Below are positions 1-10,965 of a DNA stretch of 64,000 nucleotides, piece after piece. Positions within the stretch are counted from its first letter, which is position 1. Each line of letters starts with the position of its first letter. Both the position numbers and the translations under genes were made by a program. The notes beneath the pieces are model-generated. The model was not told the origin of the DNA. It was given only the letters and a program-made list of their open reading frames with translations, and did no database searches. This stretch comes from Alphaproteobacteria bacterium (GTDB lineage: Bacteria; Pseudomonadota; Alphaproteobacteria; Caedimonadales; UBA1908): NCBI GenBank assembly GCA_021298595.1, contig JAJTHL010000005.1:5651-69650 (forward strand). The letters are read 5' to 3'.

Positions 1-1
1 T

Positions 2-2599
2 CTAAGGGAGCGCATTGAGGCCATCGAGGATTATTATCAGGCGCGCAAAAATACACCCCCCGGCAAAGAGCAACTTTACCACCCAGTGCCCGTGGAGAGC
101 TTGTTTTTAAGCCTAAAGGAGATTGAGGAACACGCACGCGCCTTGGAAACCTATCAAACAAATCCATATGACGTTCCTGAAAGCGATCATAATCATGTCA
201 TCTCTCTTGGCGCCAAACCCTTTTTGTGGGCGCACTCTCCCCAAGAAACACTCCTGAAGCAACTTTCTCATATCCTTGAAAGTGCTAAAGCCCAAAGCAA
301 GACTTTGTTTCTGGCGTGGCAAAACCAAAGAGAGCGCCTGACCTTTCAAGAAATGCTGAAATCCCTAGAGTGCCCTTATGAAGAAGCGGACACACCCCCT
401 TTTTTCACACGCGTCGATGTAAGCGTTCCCTGCCTTGTGCCTTATCCTGTGTCCCAAAGTTTTGAAGATGACCAGATCCGTGTGGTGAGTGCTTCGCAGC
501 TTATGGGCAAGATGCTGACCCAGCGCGCGCGCCGCAAGAAACGCTCGGATCTTTTTATTGAAGAAGCGTGCGCCCTTTCGGCAGGCGACCTTGTGGTGCA
601 CCAAGATCACGGGGTCGGACGGTATCAAGGGCTTGTGAGCATTACCGTGGGCGGCAAACCCCACGACTGTTTACAGCTCGAGTACGCTGGCCAAGACCGC
701 CTTTTTTTACCGGTGGAAAACTTGGACCTCATTTGTCGGTATGGAGGAGAGGCCAGTGCCGCGGCCCTCGACAAGCTTGGGACAAATGCCTGGCGCCAAC
801 GCAAAGAAAAAATCAAAAAGGATCTCTTTGCCATTGCCTCACACCTGTTGGAAACTGCCGCCAAAAGGGAGCTTTTAACGTGCGAGCCTTTGGTGCCGGA
901 CGAAGCCCTTTACACAGCCTTTTGTCAGCGCTTTGACCACGCCGAAACCGATGATCAGCTGCGCACCCTTGACGAAACCCTCGAGGACTTGGCTTCTGGT
1001 CATCCCATGGACCGCCTCGTGTGCGGTGATGTGGGTTTTGGTAAAACTGAAATTGCCCTGCGCGCCGCGTGCGTGGCTGCCAGTGCCGGTAAGCAAGTCG
1101 CCCTCATTGCCCCCACCACCCTTCTTGTGCGTCAACACTTTCTCAATTTCAAAAAACGCTTTGAAGGGCTTGGGATTCGAGTGGCGCAGCTCTCTCGCTT
1201 TGTCAGTGCCACTGCCGCTAAAAAAACCAAGGAAGACATCGCAAACGGCAAAGTCCACGTGGTGATCGCAACCCACGCCCTTCTCGCGCGTTCGGTCACG
1301 TTCCAGGACCTCGGCCTTCTTATTGTGGATGAAGAACAGCACTTTGGCGTAAAGCAAAAGGAAAAACTTAAATCCCTTAACCCCCAAACGCACCTTTTAA
1401 CCCTAAGCGCCACGCCCATCCCCCGCACGCTTCAGATGGCCTTGACGGGTATGCGCTCCCTCAGCCTCATTACGACCCCGCCCATGGACCGCTTGCCCGT
1501 GCGCACCTTTGTGACGCCCTTTGATCCTGTGGTGATCAAAGAAGCCATCTTGCGCGAGCGTGCGCGCGGCGGCCAAACGTTCTTTGTCTGCCCGCGCCTT
1601 AAGGATCTTGATGAAGTAAAAGATACGCTCCTTGCCCTCATTCCTGACCTACGTGTGACCTTTGCCACAGGCCAAATGGCAGCAACCGATCTGGAAAAAG
1701 CCATGACGGCCTTCTGTGACCGAGAGGTAGACGTGCTTCTTTCCACCAACATCATCGAATCGGGCTTGGATCTGCCCTTTGTGAACACGATCATCGTGTA
1801 CCGCTCGGACCTTTTTGGTCTTTCCCAATTGTATCAGCTGCGAGGCCGCGTGGGGCGCGCCAAGGCGCGGGGCTATGCCTACCTGACCCTGCCTACCCAC
1901 AAACCTGCGTCCGAAAGTGCCACAAAGCGCCTCGAGGTCATGCAAACCCTTGATACCCTGGGGGCAGGATTTCAGCTCGCAAGCCACGACATGGATCTGC
2001 GCGGGACGGGTAATCTTTTGGGAGAAGAGCAATCAGGCCACATCAAAGAAGTGGGTCTTGAGCTTTATCAGCAAATGCTCGAGGACGCCGTGCTTGCCGT
2101 CAAGGCCAAGGCAGGCGGCGAAGAGATTGCCGAAAAATGGTCACCTCAGATGTCCCTTGGGCTTCCCGTGATGCTGCCCCCTTCGTACATTCCTGATTTG
2201 GGTGTGCGGTTGAATTTCTACAGGCGCCTTTCCTGGGCCACGACCAAAGACGACCTCAAGGCCCTTTACGCCGAAAGCGTTGACCGGTTTGGGGCCCCTC
2301 CAGAAGACGTGACGACCCTTTTTGAAGTCATGGGCCTAAAGCAACTGTGCAAACAGGCGGGCGTGGCTAAAATCGACGTGGGTGATCGCGGTATGACCCT
2401 TGCGTTTTTCCAAAACACCTTTGCCGCCCCCACAAAGCTGATCACCTATGTCCTTGAGAAAAAAGGCGTGATTACTGTCCGTCCCGATCAAAGCCTTGTC
2501 ATCAAAGCCGACATCCGCGATCCCAAGGCTAAATTAAAGCTGGCCCATAAGGTGCTGCGTGATCTTGTGGGGCTTTTACCCGCGAAGGAGGATGCATGA
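2..2599 (+). CDS. mfd: Transcription-repair coupling factor Mfd, 5' end truncated by the window edge
   Basis: CarD-like TRCF segment (GDLVVHQDHGVGRYQGL). Helicase motifs GDVGFGKTE, DEEQHFG, SATPIPRT and QLRGRVGR. The frame stays open from nt 2, upstream of the listed start at 86. Confidence 0.92.
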   Translation, partial: LRERIEAIEDYYQARKNTPPGKEQLYHPVPVESLFLSLKEIEEHARALETYQTNPYDVPESDHNHVISLGAKPFLWAHSPQETLLKQLSHILESAKAQSKTLFLAWQNQRERLTFQEMLKSLECPYEEADTPPFFTRVDVSVPCLVPYPVSQSFEDDQIRVVSASQLMGKMLTQRARRKKRSDLFIEEACALSAGDLVVHQDHGVGRYQGLVSITVGGKPHDCLQLEYAGQDRLFLPVENLDLICRYGGEASAAALDKLGTNAWRQRKEKIKKDLFAIASHLLETAAKRELLTCEPLVPDEALYTAFCQRFDHAETDDQLRTLDETLEDLASGHPMDRLVCGDVGFGKTEIALRAACVAASAGKQVALIAPTTLLVRQHFLNFKKRFEGLGIRVAQLSRFVSATAAKKTKEDIANGKVHVVIATHALLARSVTFQDLGLLIVDEEQHFGVKQKEKLKSLNPQTHLLTLSATPIPRTLQMALTGMRSLSLITTPPMDRLPVRTFVTPFDPVVIKEAILRERARGGQTFFVCPRLKDLDEVKDTLLALIPDLRVTFATGQMAATDLEKAMTAFCDREVDVLLSTNIIESGLDLPFVNTIIVYRSDLFGLSQLYQLRGRVGRAKARGYAYLTLPTHKPASESATKRLEVMQTLDTLGAGFQLASHDMDLRGTGNLLGEEQSGHIKEVGLELYQQMLEDAVLAVKAKAGGEEIAEKWSPQMSLGLPVMLPPSYIPDLGVRLNFYRRLSWATTKDDLKALYAESVDRFGAPPEDVTTLFEVMGLKQLCKQAGVAKIDVGDRGMTLAFFQNTFAAPTKLITYVLEKKGVITVRPDQSLVIKADIRDPKAKLKLAHKVLRDLVGLLPAKEDA

Positions 2600-3243
2600 G
2601 CCTTGTCCTTGAAGGGGTCAGTCTTGTACGCGGGGGACGCCTTTTGTTTAAAGAGCTCTCTTGCACCCTGGCGCCCGGGACTTTGACCCTTCTTCAAGGC
2701 AAGAACGGACAAGGAAAGACGTCCCTGTTAGAAGCCCTCATGGGCCTAATCCCTTTGAAACAAGGACGCGTTACGTGGCAAGGACGCGCGCTATCCCCCG
2801 AGGATTTTCGCGCCGTCATAGGTGAGGACGGATTAAAAGGATCCGTTGATGTGAAGAGCCATTTGCATTTATGGCAAAGCGTTTACGGCGCGTCTTCGCA
2901 CGGCGTTAATTTTTTAGAAGAAACGCGGGCTCTTCACGACAAACCGGTCGCGTCCCTGTCAGCGGGCCAGCGTCAACGCCTTAATTTATCGCGGCTTTTT
3001 TGTGGAAAGCACGCCCCCCTATGGTTTTTGGACGAGCCTTTAACGCATCTTGACGCGCGCACCAAAGCGTTATTCTTAGATGCTTGCGCCGACCATCAAG
3101 CCCAAGGGGGCGTTGTTATCATGGCAACTCACGAGACGCCGTCCCAGATCTTTGAGGCGCCCGTCATCACCCTTATGCCGGCCCAAACCCTTTGCCCAAC
3201 AACCTTACGTCAGGAGCTTCAAGATGTGGCGCTTTTTGCTTAA
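2596..3243 (+). CDS. ccmA: Heme-exporter ABC ATPase CcmA
   Basis: Walker A GKNGQGKTS, signature LSAGQRQRL, Walker B LWFLDEP. About 215 aa. ATGA overlap with the mfd stop. Followed by a CcmB-like membrane protein. Confidence 0.8.
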   Translation: MSLVLEGVSLVRGGRLLFKELSCTLAPGTLTLLQGKNGQGKTSLLEALMGLIPLKQGRVTWQGRALSPEDFRAVIGEDGLKGSVDVKSHLHLWQSVYGASSHGVNFLEETRALHDKPVASLSAGQRQRLNLSRLFCGKHAPLWFLDEPLTHLDARTKALFLDACADHQAQGGVVIMATHETPSQIFEAPVITLMPAQTLCPTTLRQELQDVALFA

Positions 3244-3835
3244 GGACGTCCGGGGAGAACGCGCCCATTTTCTGACAACCCTTGGTTTTTTTGTGACGTC
3301 CCTTGCCGTTTGGTCCTACGTAGCACCTACGGCCTCAGACAGCGCCCCCTTGTTTTTTTGGATTCTTTTGGTGTTTTGTCTTCATTATCTTGTGCAAATG
3401 ACCTTGCTTCATGACAGCACTGGCGGCTTTATCAAGAACCTCATGATTAGTCCCTTTTATCTGGGGCACTATATTGTCTTGCGTTTTGCGTCGCTGGCCG
3501 TCGTGGGAATCGCGCTTTTAGGAAGCGGTCTATTATGTTTTGCGCTTTTCTTTAATAAAGAGATTTTCCTTGATCCAGTCGTCTTGATGACTTCGTTTGT
3601 GTGCCACCTAAGCCTCTTATTTTTCGTCAGTTTCCTCACTCTCTTTTCCAAGGGCTCTTTTCTTCTTGGCACCTTTCTTGGCTATCCATTGATGCTGCCG
3701 ATCTTCCTTCTGACATTTCTCGCGCAAACTGATAGACTGGCATCAATACTTTTAACAGGGAGCGCGCTGGCATTAATGCCCGCAAGTGTGGGGGGGGCCA
3801 TGATTGTTCTTCACATTCATCGAACCTCAACCTAA
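3224..3835 (+). CDS. ccmB: Heme exporter membrane subunit CcmB (start moved to ATG 3224)
   Basis: Polytopic membrane protein of about 203 aa directly after ccmA. The track start at 3080 would overlap ccmA by 160 nt. MWRFLLKDVRGE is a typical CcmB N-terminus. Confidence 0.6.
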   Translation: MWRFLLKDVRGERAHFLTTLGFFVTSLAVWSYVAPTASDSAPLFFWILLVFCLHYLVQMTLLHDSTGGFIKNLMISPFYLGHYIVLRFASLAVVGIALLGSGLLCFALFFNKEIFLDPVVLMTSFVCHLSLLFFVSFLTLFSKGSFLLGTFLGYPLMLPIFLLTFLAQTDRLASILLTGSALALMPASVGGAMIVLHIHRTST

Positions 3836-3846
3836 AGGATGATCCT

Positions 3847-4524
3847 TTGACAACGAAAAAAACAGTTTCTTTAAAAGACATGCTTGGAAAAATCCGCGGA
3901 TATTTTTTCTCCGGCGTTCTTGTCACAGCCCCCCTTGTCCTAACAGCCTACGTGATTTGGTCGGTGATTCTTGCCCTTGATACCTTTATCACCGATCTTT
4001 TTCCCACAAAAATCCTAAGCATCCCTGGCCTTCGCTCTCATATGCCGGGCATCGGTCTTGTCCTTGCTCTTGTGGGATTGACGGTCATTGGTTGGCTTGC
4101 AAAAGGATATATGGGGCGCTGGATTCTTGGTACAAGTGAGAAAGTGCTTCACAAAATGCCCGTCATTCGAAGCCTTTATAAAACGATCAAGCAGATTTTT
4201 GAGGCGATTTTCAAAAATGATAAAAACTCGTTTAGGCAGGTTGTCCTTGCGGAATATCCAAGGGAAGGCACCTTTGCCCTTGGATTTCTTACGGGCCCAG
4301 CACCTAAGATTGTTGAAGAGCACACAAGCCGAGATCTTTTAGGGATTTTTATCCCCACGACCCCTAACCCCACATCGGGTTTTTTGCTTTTTATGCCTCA
4401 AGAAAAAGTTCGCCCCCTTCCCTTAAGCGTGGAAGAGGGCATTAAACTTGTGGTGTCGGTCGGGCTTGTGTCACCAGAAGCGCCGCCACATCCTACGCCG
4501 CCCGGGATTCAGCCTCTATGCTAA
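3847..4524 (+). CDS. DUF502-family membrane protein
   Basis: N-terminal YFFSGVLVTAPLVLTAYVIW and two TM helices, followed by a soluble domain typical of DUF502. AAGGA lies 6 nt upstream of the TTG start. Confidence 0.65.
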   Translation: MTTKKTVSLKDMLGKIRGYFFSGVLVTAPLVLTAYVIWSVILALDTFITDLFPTKILSIPGLRSHMPGIGLVLALVGLTVIGWLAKGYMGRWILGTSEKVLHKMPVIRSLYKTIKQIFEAIFKNDKNSFRQVVLAEYPREGTFALGFLTGPAPKIVEEHTSRDLLGIFIPTTPNPTSGFLLFMPQEKVRPLPLSVEEGIKLVVSVGLVSPEAPPHPTPPGIQPLC

Positions 4525-5395
4525 GGCCTTCTTTTTTAGCGATATCCCTAAAGAAATCACGAAAGGCTTGGATCCGCCTGGAGGTCTGAATGGACTGGCT
4601 ATACACTAAAAAGCCTTTCATCCGGGGTCCTTGAATATGGGGTAACACCTCTTTGACGTCGCCGTTTCTTAGCAAAGGATTTTCCTTGGCAAGGGATACA
4701 ATCCCAAGGTTTTCTTCTACGGCTAAATAAAGGTTATTCACACGAAGGCAAGGCGTGCGCATCTCGCCCGGCTTGCACCCAACGGTCAAATGCCAGTTAA
4801 TGTGATCCATGTGGCGATCATGCTCGCTGTAAGCCACAAGCCTATGTTGATCAAGGTCTTCCACGCTTTGGGGTTCACCGTATTGCTCGAGATATTCTTT
4901 GCCCGCAAAAAGGCCCAAATTAAGCTGGGCAATTTTTTCACTGATTAAATGGGGATGCTCGGGTGCGTAAGGTAAAAGCGCCACATCATTTTCTCGCAGT
5001 AAAAGCTCTGGAAAACGATCGTCATTAATAATGCTGATGGTGACTTTTGGATGTTTTTTCATGAACGCACCAATATGGCGCGCCAAGACCGACGATGTCC
5101 AACTCATGGGGGTGATCACGCGGATGGGGCCTTGAAGTTCTTGGCCTGACTCTTGCAAAGCCACTTGAACGCGCTCGGACTCGGCCATAATACACTCGGC
5201 CGCCTTGAACAAGATTTCCCCTTGTTCCGTGAGCACAAGACGCCTTGGGGAGCGGTGAAAAAGTTTCACCTTGTGGCGATATTCTAAATCACTGATATGG
5301 CGGCTGATTACTGAAGGTGTCAAATTAAGATCGCAATTTGTAAAGCTTTCGCCCTTCGCCGCATAATAAAAGATTTTCAGTTTATTAAGATCCAT
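4493..5395 (-). CDS. LysR-family transcriptional regulator (start at internal MDLNKLKIFY)
   Basis: N-terminal wHTH (LKIFYYAAKGESFTNCDLNLTPSVISRHISDLE) plus a LysR substrate-binding domain. The 3' end overlaps the convergent DUF502 gene by 32 nt. Confidence 0.85.
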   Translation of the reverse strand: MDLNKLKIFYYAAKGESFTNCDLNLTPSVISRHISDLEYRHKVKLFHRSPRRLVLTEQGEILFKAAECIMAESERVQVALQESGQELQGPIRVITPMSWTSSVLARHIGAFMKKHPKVTISIINDDRFPELLLRENDVALLPYAPEHPHLISEKIAQLNLGLFAGKEYLEQYGEPQSVEDLDQHRLVAYSEHDRHMDHINWHLTVGCKPGEMRTPCLRVNNLYLAVEENLGIVSLAKENPLLRNGDVKEVLPHIQGPRMKGFLVYSQSIQTSRRIQAFRDFFRDIAKKEGLSIEAESRAA

Positions 5396-5515
5396 AGAAA
5401 TTCCTATAATGTTAGGTACTCTACAGCATATAAGATCTGTCACAAAATTTGTCACGTGCTTTTAATGAATTTTTTTATTTCCTTTTAGGAAAATCACGAC
5501 CAAGGATTTTTTAAC

Positions 5516-5541
5516 AAGAAAAAAGGGCCGTTGGAGGCCCC
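5516..5541 (-). terminator. Rho-independent terminator after parC
   Basis: On the minus strand, GGGCC-tccaac-GGCCC is followed by TTTTTT, immediately downstream of the parC stop. Confidence 0.5.
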
Positions 5542-5549
5542 TTTTTGGA

Positions 5550-7781
5550 CTAATCAAAGGTATTGGTTCTAGGAAAGCCCACGGGCGGCATGCGCCCACT
5601 TTGGCCGCGCCGACCAAGCCATGCCCTGATATCTTGCTCGAGGCGGGTGCGTTCGCCGCTTTTCCATGAAAGGCCGTCTTCAAGACGCAGGCTTTTAATA
5701 TCCCCAAGACGTCCCTCGCGGTAACGCTGCAAAAGTACACCTTTACCCCGGCTCATTTGCGGAATTTCATCGACCTTAAAGATCAAAAGCTTGCGGTTTT
5801 GACCGATCATAGCAATCCCGTCTCCTTCGATCCATACGCACTTTTGGGCTTTGACTTTGCCTTGCACGTTCAAAATCTGTTTGCCGCCCTTGGTGTGGGC
5901 CATGACGTCCTTAAGGGCAACAACAAAGCCGCGTCCATCGCTTGAGGCGACCAAAAGCTTTTTGTCCTCTTTCAGCATCTCTTGGGTCACGATGAAAAGA
6001 TCAAGGACCTCATCCTTTGGATCCATATCCAGCATCAACCGAAGGGGCTCTCCTTGGCCGCGCCCACCGGGAAGCTTGTCGATGCCAAGGGTATAAAACC
6101 GTCCGTTGGTGGCAAAAAGGACAAGCTTATCCACGTTTTCAGCTTTAATCACAAAGCGGCCCTTATCGCCCTCTTTATATTTCAGGTCTGCTTCTTGGGG
6201 GTTGTGTCCCTTCAGGGTACGAATCCAGCCGTTTTGCGAGCACACCACCGTCACGGCCTCACGCTCGACAAAGGCCTCGAGGGGAAGCACGTCTACCTCT
6301 GGCTTATCCTCAAAACTCGTGCGACGCTTTCCAAAAGGCTGGGACACCCCAAAGCGCTTTTGCACTTCTTTGATTTCTGTCCCCACCCGTTTCCATTGAA
6401 GCGCTGTGTCCTTTAAGAAGATTTCAAGATCACTCTTTTCCTGGGACAGGCCGTCATGCTCCTTGCGGATTTCAATTTCTTCCAGCTTTCGAAGGGCACG
6501 AAGACGCATATTCAAAATGGACTCAACCTGAAGGTCCGTCAGGTCCCACTTGGCTTGCATAACGCCCTTGGGATCATCTTCCTCGCGAATAATGCGAATA
6601 ACTTCATCCAGATTGAGATACGCAATAAGGTACCCTTCTAAGATTTCAAGGCGTTTGATGACCTGGGCAAGACGGTGGTCCGCGCGCCGGCATACAACCT
6701 CTTGCCGGTGATTTAAAAACGCCTGCAAGACCTCTTTCAAGGACATGACGCGTGGGACACGTCCTTGATCTAGTAAGTTCATATTCAAGTGAAAGCGGGT
6801 CTCAAGATCACACACGCGAAAGACCGATTCCATCAGTATCTGGGGATCCACGGTGCGCGCACGCGGCACCAGGATCAGGCGCACGTCCGTGGTGGACTCG
6901 TCCCGAATGTCCGAAAGAAGCGGCAGCTTTTTCTTGCCCCACAAATCAGCCAGTTTTTCCATCAAGCGCGCTTTGGGCACTTGGTAGGGGATTTCAGTCA
7001 CGACAATCTGATAGCCGCCCCCTTTAAGTTCTTCTTTTTCCCATCTTGCGCGCACGCGGATGCTGCCACGCCCCGTTTCATAGGCGGCAAGGATATCCTC
7101 GGGTCTTTCAACAATAATACCGCCCGTGGGAAAGTCAGGCCCTGGCATCAAGGAAAGCAAATCGCCGACCGATGCGTCCGCCTTTTTAAGAAGCAGCAAA
7201 AGCGCGTCACAGATCTCACCCACATTGTGGGGTGGGACGTTGGTTGCCATACCGACCGCAATACCGGTCGCACCGTTCGCGAGCAAATTGGGAAAGCTTG
7301 AGGGAAGAACAAGCGGCTCTTTAGTTTCGCCGTTATAGGTTTCTTGGAAATCAACGGCCTCTTCATCAATCCCTTCCAAAAGGGCGCTTGCACAGCCTGA
7401 CAACCGGGCCTCGGTATACCGCATGGCGGCCGCGTTATCGCCGTCAAGGCTTCCAAAGTTTCCTTGACCATCCACAAGAGGATAGCGCGACGCAAAATCC
7501 TGGGCCATGCGCACCATGGCCTCGTAAATGGGATCGTTACCATGGGGGTGGTACTTCATCATGACGTACCCGACGGCGCTGGCTGACTTACGGTAGGATT
7601 TTTCGTGGGTGTTGCCCGATTCCTTCATGGCATAAAGAATGCGGCGCTGCACTGGCTTAAGGCCATCGCGCACATCGGGAAGCGAACGCGCCATAATGGT
7701 CGACAGGGCGTAACTCAGGTAGCGTTCGCCCAGGGCCTCGTTCAAGGGGGTGTCATGGATCTGTCCAGAAGATGTGCTCAT
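5550..7781 (-). CDS. parC: DNA topoisomerase IV subunit A
   Basis: GyrA/ParC N-terminus ([40 protein letters not shown]). Its 743-aa length fits ParC rather than GyrA. Confidence 0.9.
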   Translation of the reverse strand: MSTSSGQIHDTPLNEALGERYLSYALSTIMARSLPDVRDGLKPVQRRILYAMKESGNTHEKSYRKSASAVGYVMMKYHPHGNDPIYEAMVRMAQDFASRYPLVDGQGNFGSLDGDNAAAMRYTEARLSGCASALLEGIDEEAVDFQETYNGETKEPLVLPSSFPNLLANGATGIAVGMATNVPPHNVGEICDALLLLLKKADASVGDLLSLMPGPDFPTGGIIVERPEDILAAYETGRGSIRVRARWEKEELKGGGYQIVVTEIPYQVPKARLMEKLADLWGKKKLPLLSDIRDESTTDVRLILVPRARTVDPQILMESVFRVCDLETRFHLNMNLLDQGRVPRVMSLKEVLQAFLNHRQEVVCRRADHRLAQVIKRLEILEGYLIAYLNLDEVIRIIREEDDPKGVMQAKWDLTDLQVESILNMRLRALRKLEEIEIRKEHDGLSQEKSDLEIFLKDTALQWKRVGTEIKEVQKRFGVSQPFGKRRTSFEDKPEVDVLPLEAFVEREAVTVVCSQNGWIRTLKGHNPQEADLKYKEGDKGRFVIKAENVDKLVLFATNGRFYTLGIDKLPGGRGQGEPLRLMLDMDPKDEVLDLFIVTQEMLKEDKKLLVASSDGRGFVVALKDVMAHTKGGKQILNVQGKVKAQKCVWIEGDGIAMIGQNRKLLIFKVDEIPQMSRGKGVLLQRYREGRLGDIKSLRLEDGLSWKSGERTRLEQDIRAWLGRRGQSGRMPPVGFPRTNTFD

Positions 7782-7794
7782 ACTTGTTCTCTTT

Positions 7795-8514
7795 TTACCT
7801 ATGACGTTGACGAAGGTCTTCTTTTAGGCGCGCGCGAGCGGCCGGCAGACCATACCCTCCATGGGGCAGAATATAGCGCTCTATGAAATACTCTGTCAAA
7901 TCAAGGCCGCCTAAAAGATCTTTGGGGCAAGGCGCGCGGTCTTCTTGCAAAAAAGAGGGGAACATCAAAAGCTTATCGTGATAAAGGGCGCCTTCTGCTT
8001 GGCACACGGCCTTGCCGGATCGGGGCGAGACATAAAAAAGATTTTCTCTAGCGCCCGTCACGGCACAAGAAGACAGGTGCAGCCTAAATCCAGCCGCCGC
8101 TAAAAGGGCGCACTCAAAGTCAAAATATCCCCGCCCCCAAGCGTCTTCACCCAAGGCTTTTACAAGGGCTAAAAGAGAGGCGTAAACAGACCCGTGGGGT
8201 TCGCGTTCGGGCAGCATCACCTCACAAAGGGCTGTGGCGCTTAAGAGTGCTGACAAACAAAGGGGTTTTGTAAAAAGGGCCGCAACGGATCCCCCTAGCG
8301 GTTCAAGACGCCAACCGCCCAATTGTTCTTCCAGACGTGCCTGCCAGTGGGCTTGAACCCGAATGCCTGGTTGTAAGACCGCTTTAATCCGCGTGGACGC
8401 ACTTTTAAGCCATCCCATCACCCGGCCATGATCTTTGGTCATAAGGCAGACGAGGTAGCCTTTTTCCCCAAAGGGTTTCACAGATAAGACTACGCCCTCG
8501 TCTTCCCACTTCAT
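7795..8514 (-). CDS. recO: DNA repair protein RecO
   Basis: N-terminal OB fold ([17 protein letters not shown]), a 239-aa length, and a conserved position after era. Confidence 0.85.
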   Translation of the reverse strand: MKWEDEGVVLSVKPFGEKGYLVCLMTKDHGRVMGWLKSASTRIKAVLQPGIRVQAHWQARLEEQLGGWRLEPLGGSVAALFTKPLCLSALLSATALCEVMLPEREPHGSVYASLLALVKALGEDAWGRGYFDFECALLAAAGFRLHLSSCAVTGARENLFYVSPRSGKAVCQAEGALYHDKLLMFPSFLQEDRAPCPKDLLGGLDLTEYFIERYILPHGGYGLPAARARLKEDLRQRHR

Positions 8515-9416
8515 GACAACTCTTTAGGATCCTCAAGACCGTACACACCAAAGGACGAGCGGTCTTCCATCCACCGAGGCGTCACCAGCACATGAAGGAC
8601 CAAGTGCACGGTGTGCCCTAGCATCGCTGTGAGCTCTTTGCGTGCGGCCTGACCAATGGCCTTAAGCTGCTGCCCGCCTTTTCCAAGGACAATGGCTTTT
8701 TGGGCAGGCTTTTGCACGTGAACGACCTGTCCAATGCGCACCGACCCGTCCTCAAAGGGTTCCCACGTTTGGGTTTCCACCACAAGGGCGTAAGGGATTT
8801 CTTGGTGAAGGCGGTCAAAAAGATGCTCGCGGGTGATCTCTGCCGCCAAAAGCCGTAGGGGCAGATCAGAAAGTTGATCCTCGGGATAGTGCCAAGGCCC
8901 TTCGGGAAGTTCGTCGCCCAGCGCCTTGAGGAGTTCACTAAGCCCTTGATTATGGAGCGCTGAAATCATGAAGGTTTTGGAAAATTCTCTGAGCGCATTG
9001 AAATTAGCAGAAAGAGTGAGAAGCGTATCCCGGGGCACCAAATCAATCTTGTTCAAAACCAAATAGACGGGCTTTTGCACGTCTTGAAGTTTTTTCAAAA
9101 TGGGCTCGGCCTTGGTGTAATCAAGACGCGCGTCCCACAAAAACAAGACCACATCCGTGTCACGCACGGCCGACCACGCGGCCTTGACCATGGTTTTATC
9201 AAGGGACGTCTTGGGCCTGAAAAGACCCGGCGTGTCCACTAGCACAATCTGGGTATTGTCTTGGATTTGAATGCCTAAGATGCGGCGTCTCGTGGTTTGC
9301 ACCTTACGCGACGTAATGGAGACTTTCGAGCCTACCAATTGATTCACAAGGGTCGATTTGCCCGCGTTCGTGGCCCCCAAAACCGCGACAAACCCACACC
9401 GACGGATGTCTGTCAT
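8511..9416 (-). CDS. era: GTPase Era
   Basis: G1 motif GATNAGKST, G3 motif DTPG, NKID, and a C-terminal KH domain. 4-nt overlaps with rnc and recO. Confidence 0.95.
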   Translation of the reverse strand: MTDIRRCGFVAVLGATNAGKSTLVNQLVGSKVSITSRKVQTTRRRILGIQIQDNTQIVLVDTPGLFRPKTSLDKTMVKAAWSAVRDTDVVLFLWDARLDYTKAEPILKKLQDVQKPVYLVLNKIDLVPRDTLLTLSANFNALREFSKTFMISALHNQGLSELLKALGDELPEGPWHYPEDQLSDLPLRLLAAEITREHLFDRLHQEIPYALVVETQTWEPFEDGSVRIGQVVHVQKPAQKAIVLGKGGQQLKAIGQAARKELTAMLGHTVHLVLHVLVTPRWMEDRSSFGVYGLEDPKELS

Positions 9417-10090
9417 CCTAAAATCTCCTTAAGTAATGCTGTGGCAGCTTGCTGTTCTGCCTCTCGTTTAGAGGACGCAGTGGCACGTGCGACCTTTTGA
9501 CCCACCCGTACTTCCAACACAAAAGACGGCGCGTGGTCAGGCCCCTGGCGTTCCAAAGTTGTATAGACAGGAAGGCCCTGTTGATGTTCTTGCGCCCACT
9601 CTTGCAGGCGCGACTTAGGATTTTGAGGCACGTCCTCCATTTGGGTAACGTAAGGTGCCCACAGTGTCCTCACAATCTCTTGGGTGACAAGAAGACCCGC
9701 CTCAAGGTACAGTGCTGCAATAAGCGCCTCGCACGCATCCGCCAAAAGGTAGCGCCCTCTTTGGGAAGAGGTAACACTGGTGGACGCGCGAAAATAGCGC
9801 TTTAACCCAAGGGCGTCCGCCACTTGTAAAAGGGTGGGCCTGCTCACAAGCACCGCGTGCCGTTTGGCAAGGGCGCCTTCTTCTTCATGGGGAAAGCGCT
9901 CAAAAAGCCACGCGGCCACAATCAGGCCCAAAACCCGGTCGCCTAGAAATTCCAACCGCTCGTAGTGGCGCCCCGCCGCCCCCTGATTAAAGCTTGCGTG
10001 TGTCAACGCGCGCGTTAGCACGTCCGTTTTCGCAAACGTGTACCCAAGGGCCTCGTACAAAGGATCAAACGCCTTCGAATTTGTTGTCAT
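9413..10090 (-). CDS. rnc: Ribonuclease III
   Basis: RNase III signature ERLEFLGDRVLG plus a C-terminal dsRBD. Confidence 0.95.
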   Translation of the reverse strand: MTTNSKAFDPLYEALGYTFAKTDVLTRALTHASFNQGAAGRHYERLEFLGDRVLGLIVAAWLFERFPHEEEGALAKRHAVLVSRPTLLQVADALGLKRYFRASTSVTSSQRGRYLLADACEALIAALYLEAGLLVTQEIVRTLWAPYVTQMEDVPQNPKSRLQEWAQEHQQGLPVYTTLERQGPDHAPSFVLEVRVGQKVARATASSKREAEQQAATALLKEILG

Positions 10091-10101
10091 TGTTATCCTT
10101 T

Positions 10102-10800
10102 TTAAACCACTTTTTTAAGGAGACGATCCCATCTAATTCGTTGCCACCAGGGCGCCTTTGACTCGCTAGCAGGGATCACCGAAAACAGCACCCACTCGGC
10201 CCTGCCTAAAAGCTGCCCATGATCCACCATCCCCACCTGGGAAAACCGGCTGTCGTGGGACTCTTGACGCGCATCACCCAGCACAAAATAACTGTGTGGT
10301 GGTACCACAACCTTTTGCCAATGGTCGAGGTTTTTTGCGGATACCTTTGCCATTTTATGCTGGGTCATATAGCGTTTTCCTCCGGGAAGCCACTCTTCAT
10401 AAAAGGGCGAGAAGGGTTGCACCAGACGCCGAAGCGGAGCGCCGTTGATGGCCAAATGATCACCCTGCCACGAGATTTTTTCGGCCTCAATCCCAATAAT
10501 CCTTTTGATCCAGGGACTAAGGGCGCCTTCTTGATGAAACACAACAATGTCCCCGCGCGTGGCCGGGCGCACGTGCCACTGCCCCTGCCACAGGGACGAC
10601 CACACAAGCGAATGGCGGTTATAGCCATACGCATATTTGCTGACAAGCACATAGTCGCCGCTTAAAAGAGTCGGCGCCATGGACCCAGAAGACACATAAA
10701 AAAGCTCCACCAAAAGAATCTTTGTGCCAAGGGCAAGCAAAAGGGCCCCCAGCGTCCAAAAGATTTTTGACAAAAGGTGTGCTTTTTTTAAGTTACGCAA
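10102..10800 (-). CDS. lepB: Signal peptidase I
   Basis: N-terminal TM helix, catalytic Ser box SGSMAPTL, and a GDARQESHDSR box. Confidence 0.9.
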   Translation of the reverse strand: MRNLKKAHLLSKIFWTLGALLLALGTKILLVELFYVSSGSMAPTLLSGDYVLVSKYAYGYNRHSLVWSSLWQGQWHVRPATRGDIVVFHQEGALSPWIKRIIGIEAEKISWQGDHLAINGAPLRRLVQPFSPFYEEWLPGGKRYMTQHKMAKVSAKNLDHWQKVVVPPHSYFVLGDARQESHDSRFSQVGMVDHGQLLGRAEWVLFSVIPASESKAPWWQRIRWDRLLKKVV

Positions 10801-10965
10801 AATTTCTGCTATTCTTTAACCTTCCTTTTTATGACACAAACTTTGATCAAAAAACAATCGTTCTAACAGAAAGAGAGATGTTGGCGCTCCTGGCACGCCC
10901 CCCTTGCCAAGAAGACCTGTGACTTTTATGATGGGCACACAATAAGCCTTCAGGGATACTTGGTG

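Noticed and set aside
3080-3223. Extended 251-aa version of the ccmB ORF starting at 3080.
   Set aside because: It would overlap ccmA by 160 nt, and its N-terminal part is Arg/Pro-rich out-of-frame ccmA sequence. ATG 3224 gives a typical CcmB length and N-terminus.
3790-3797. G8 homopolymer inside ccmB.
   Set aside because: The frame is intact across it (encoding V-G-G-A). It is worth remembering as a sequencing or slippage hotspot, but nothing suggests phase variation.
10883-10899. Sigma-54-like promoter TGGCACgccccccTTGCC upstream of the cpaB-like gene. This would be attractive because rpoN is in the window.
   Set aside because: The GG and GC elements are separated by 12 nt, not the canonical 10, so it does not fit the -24/-12 geometry. 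I found no better match upstream of the pilin genes either.
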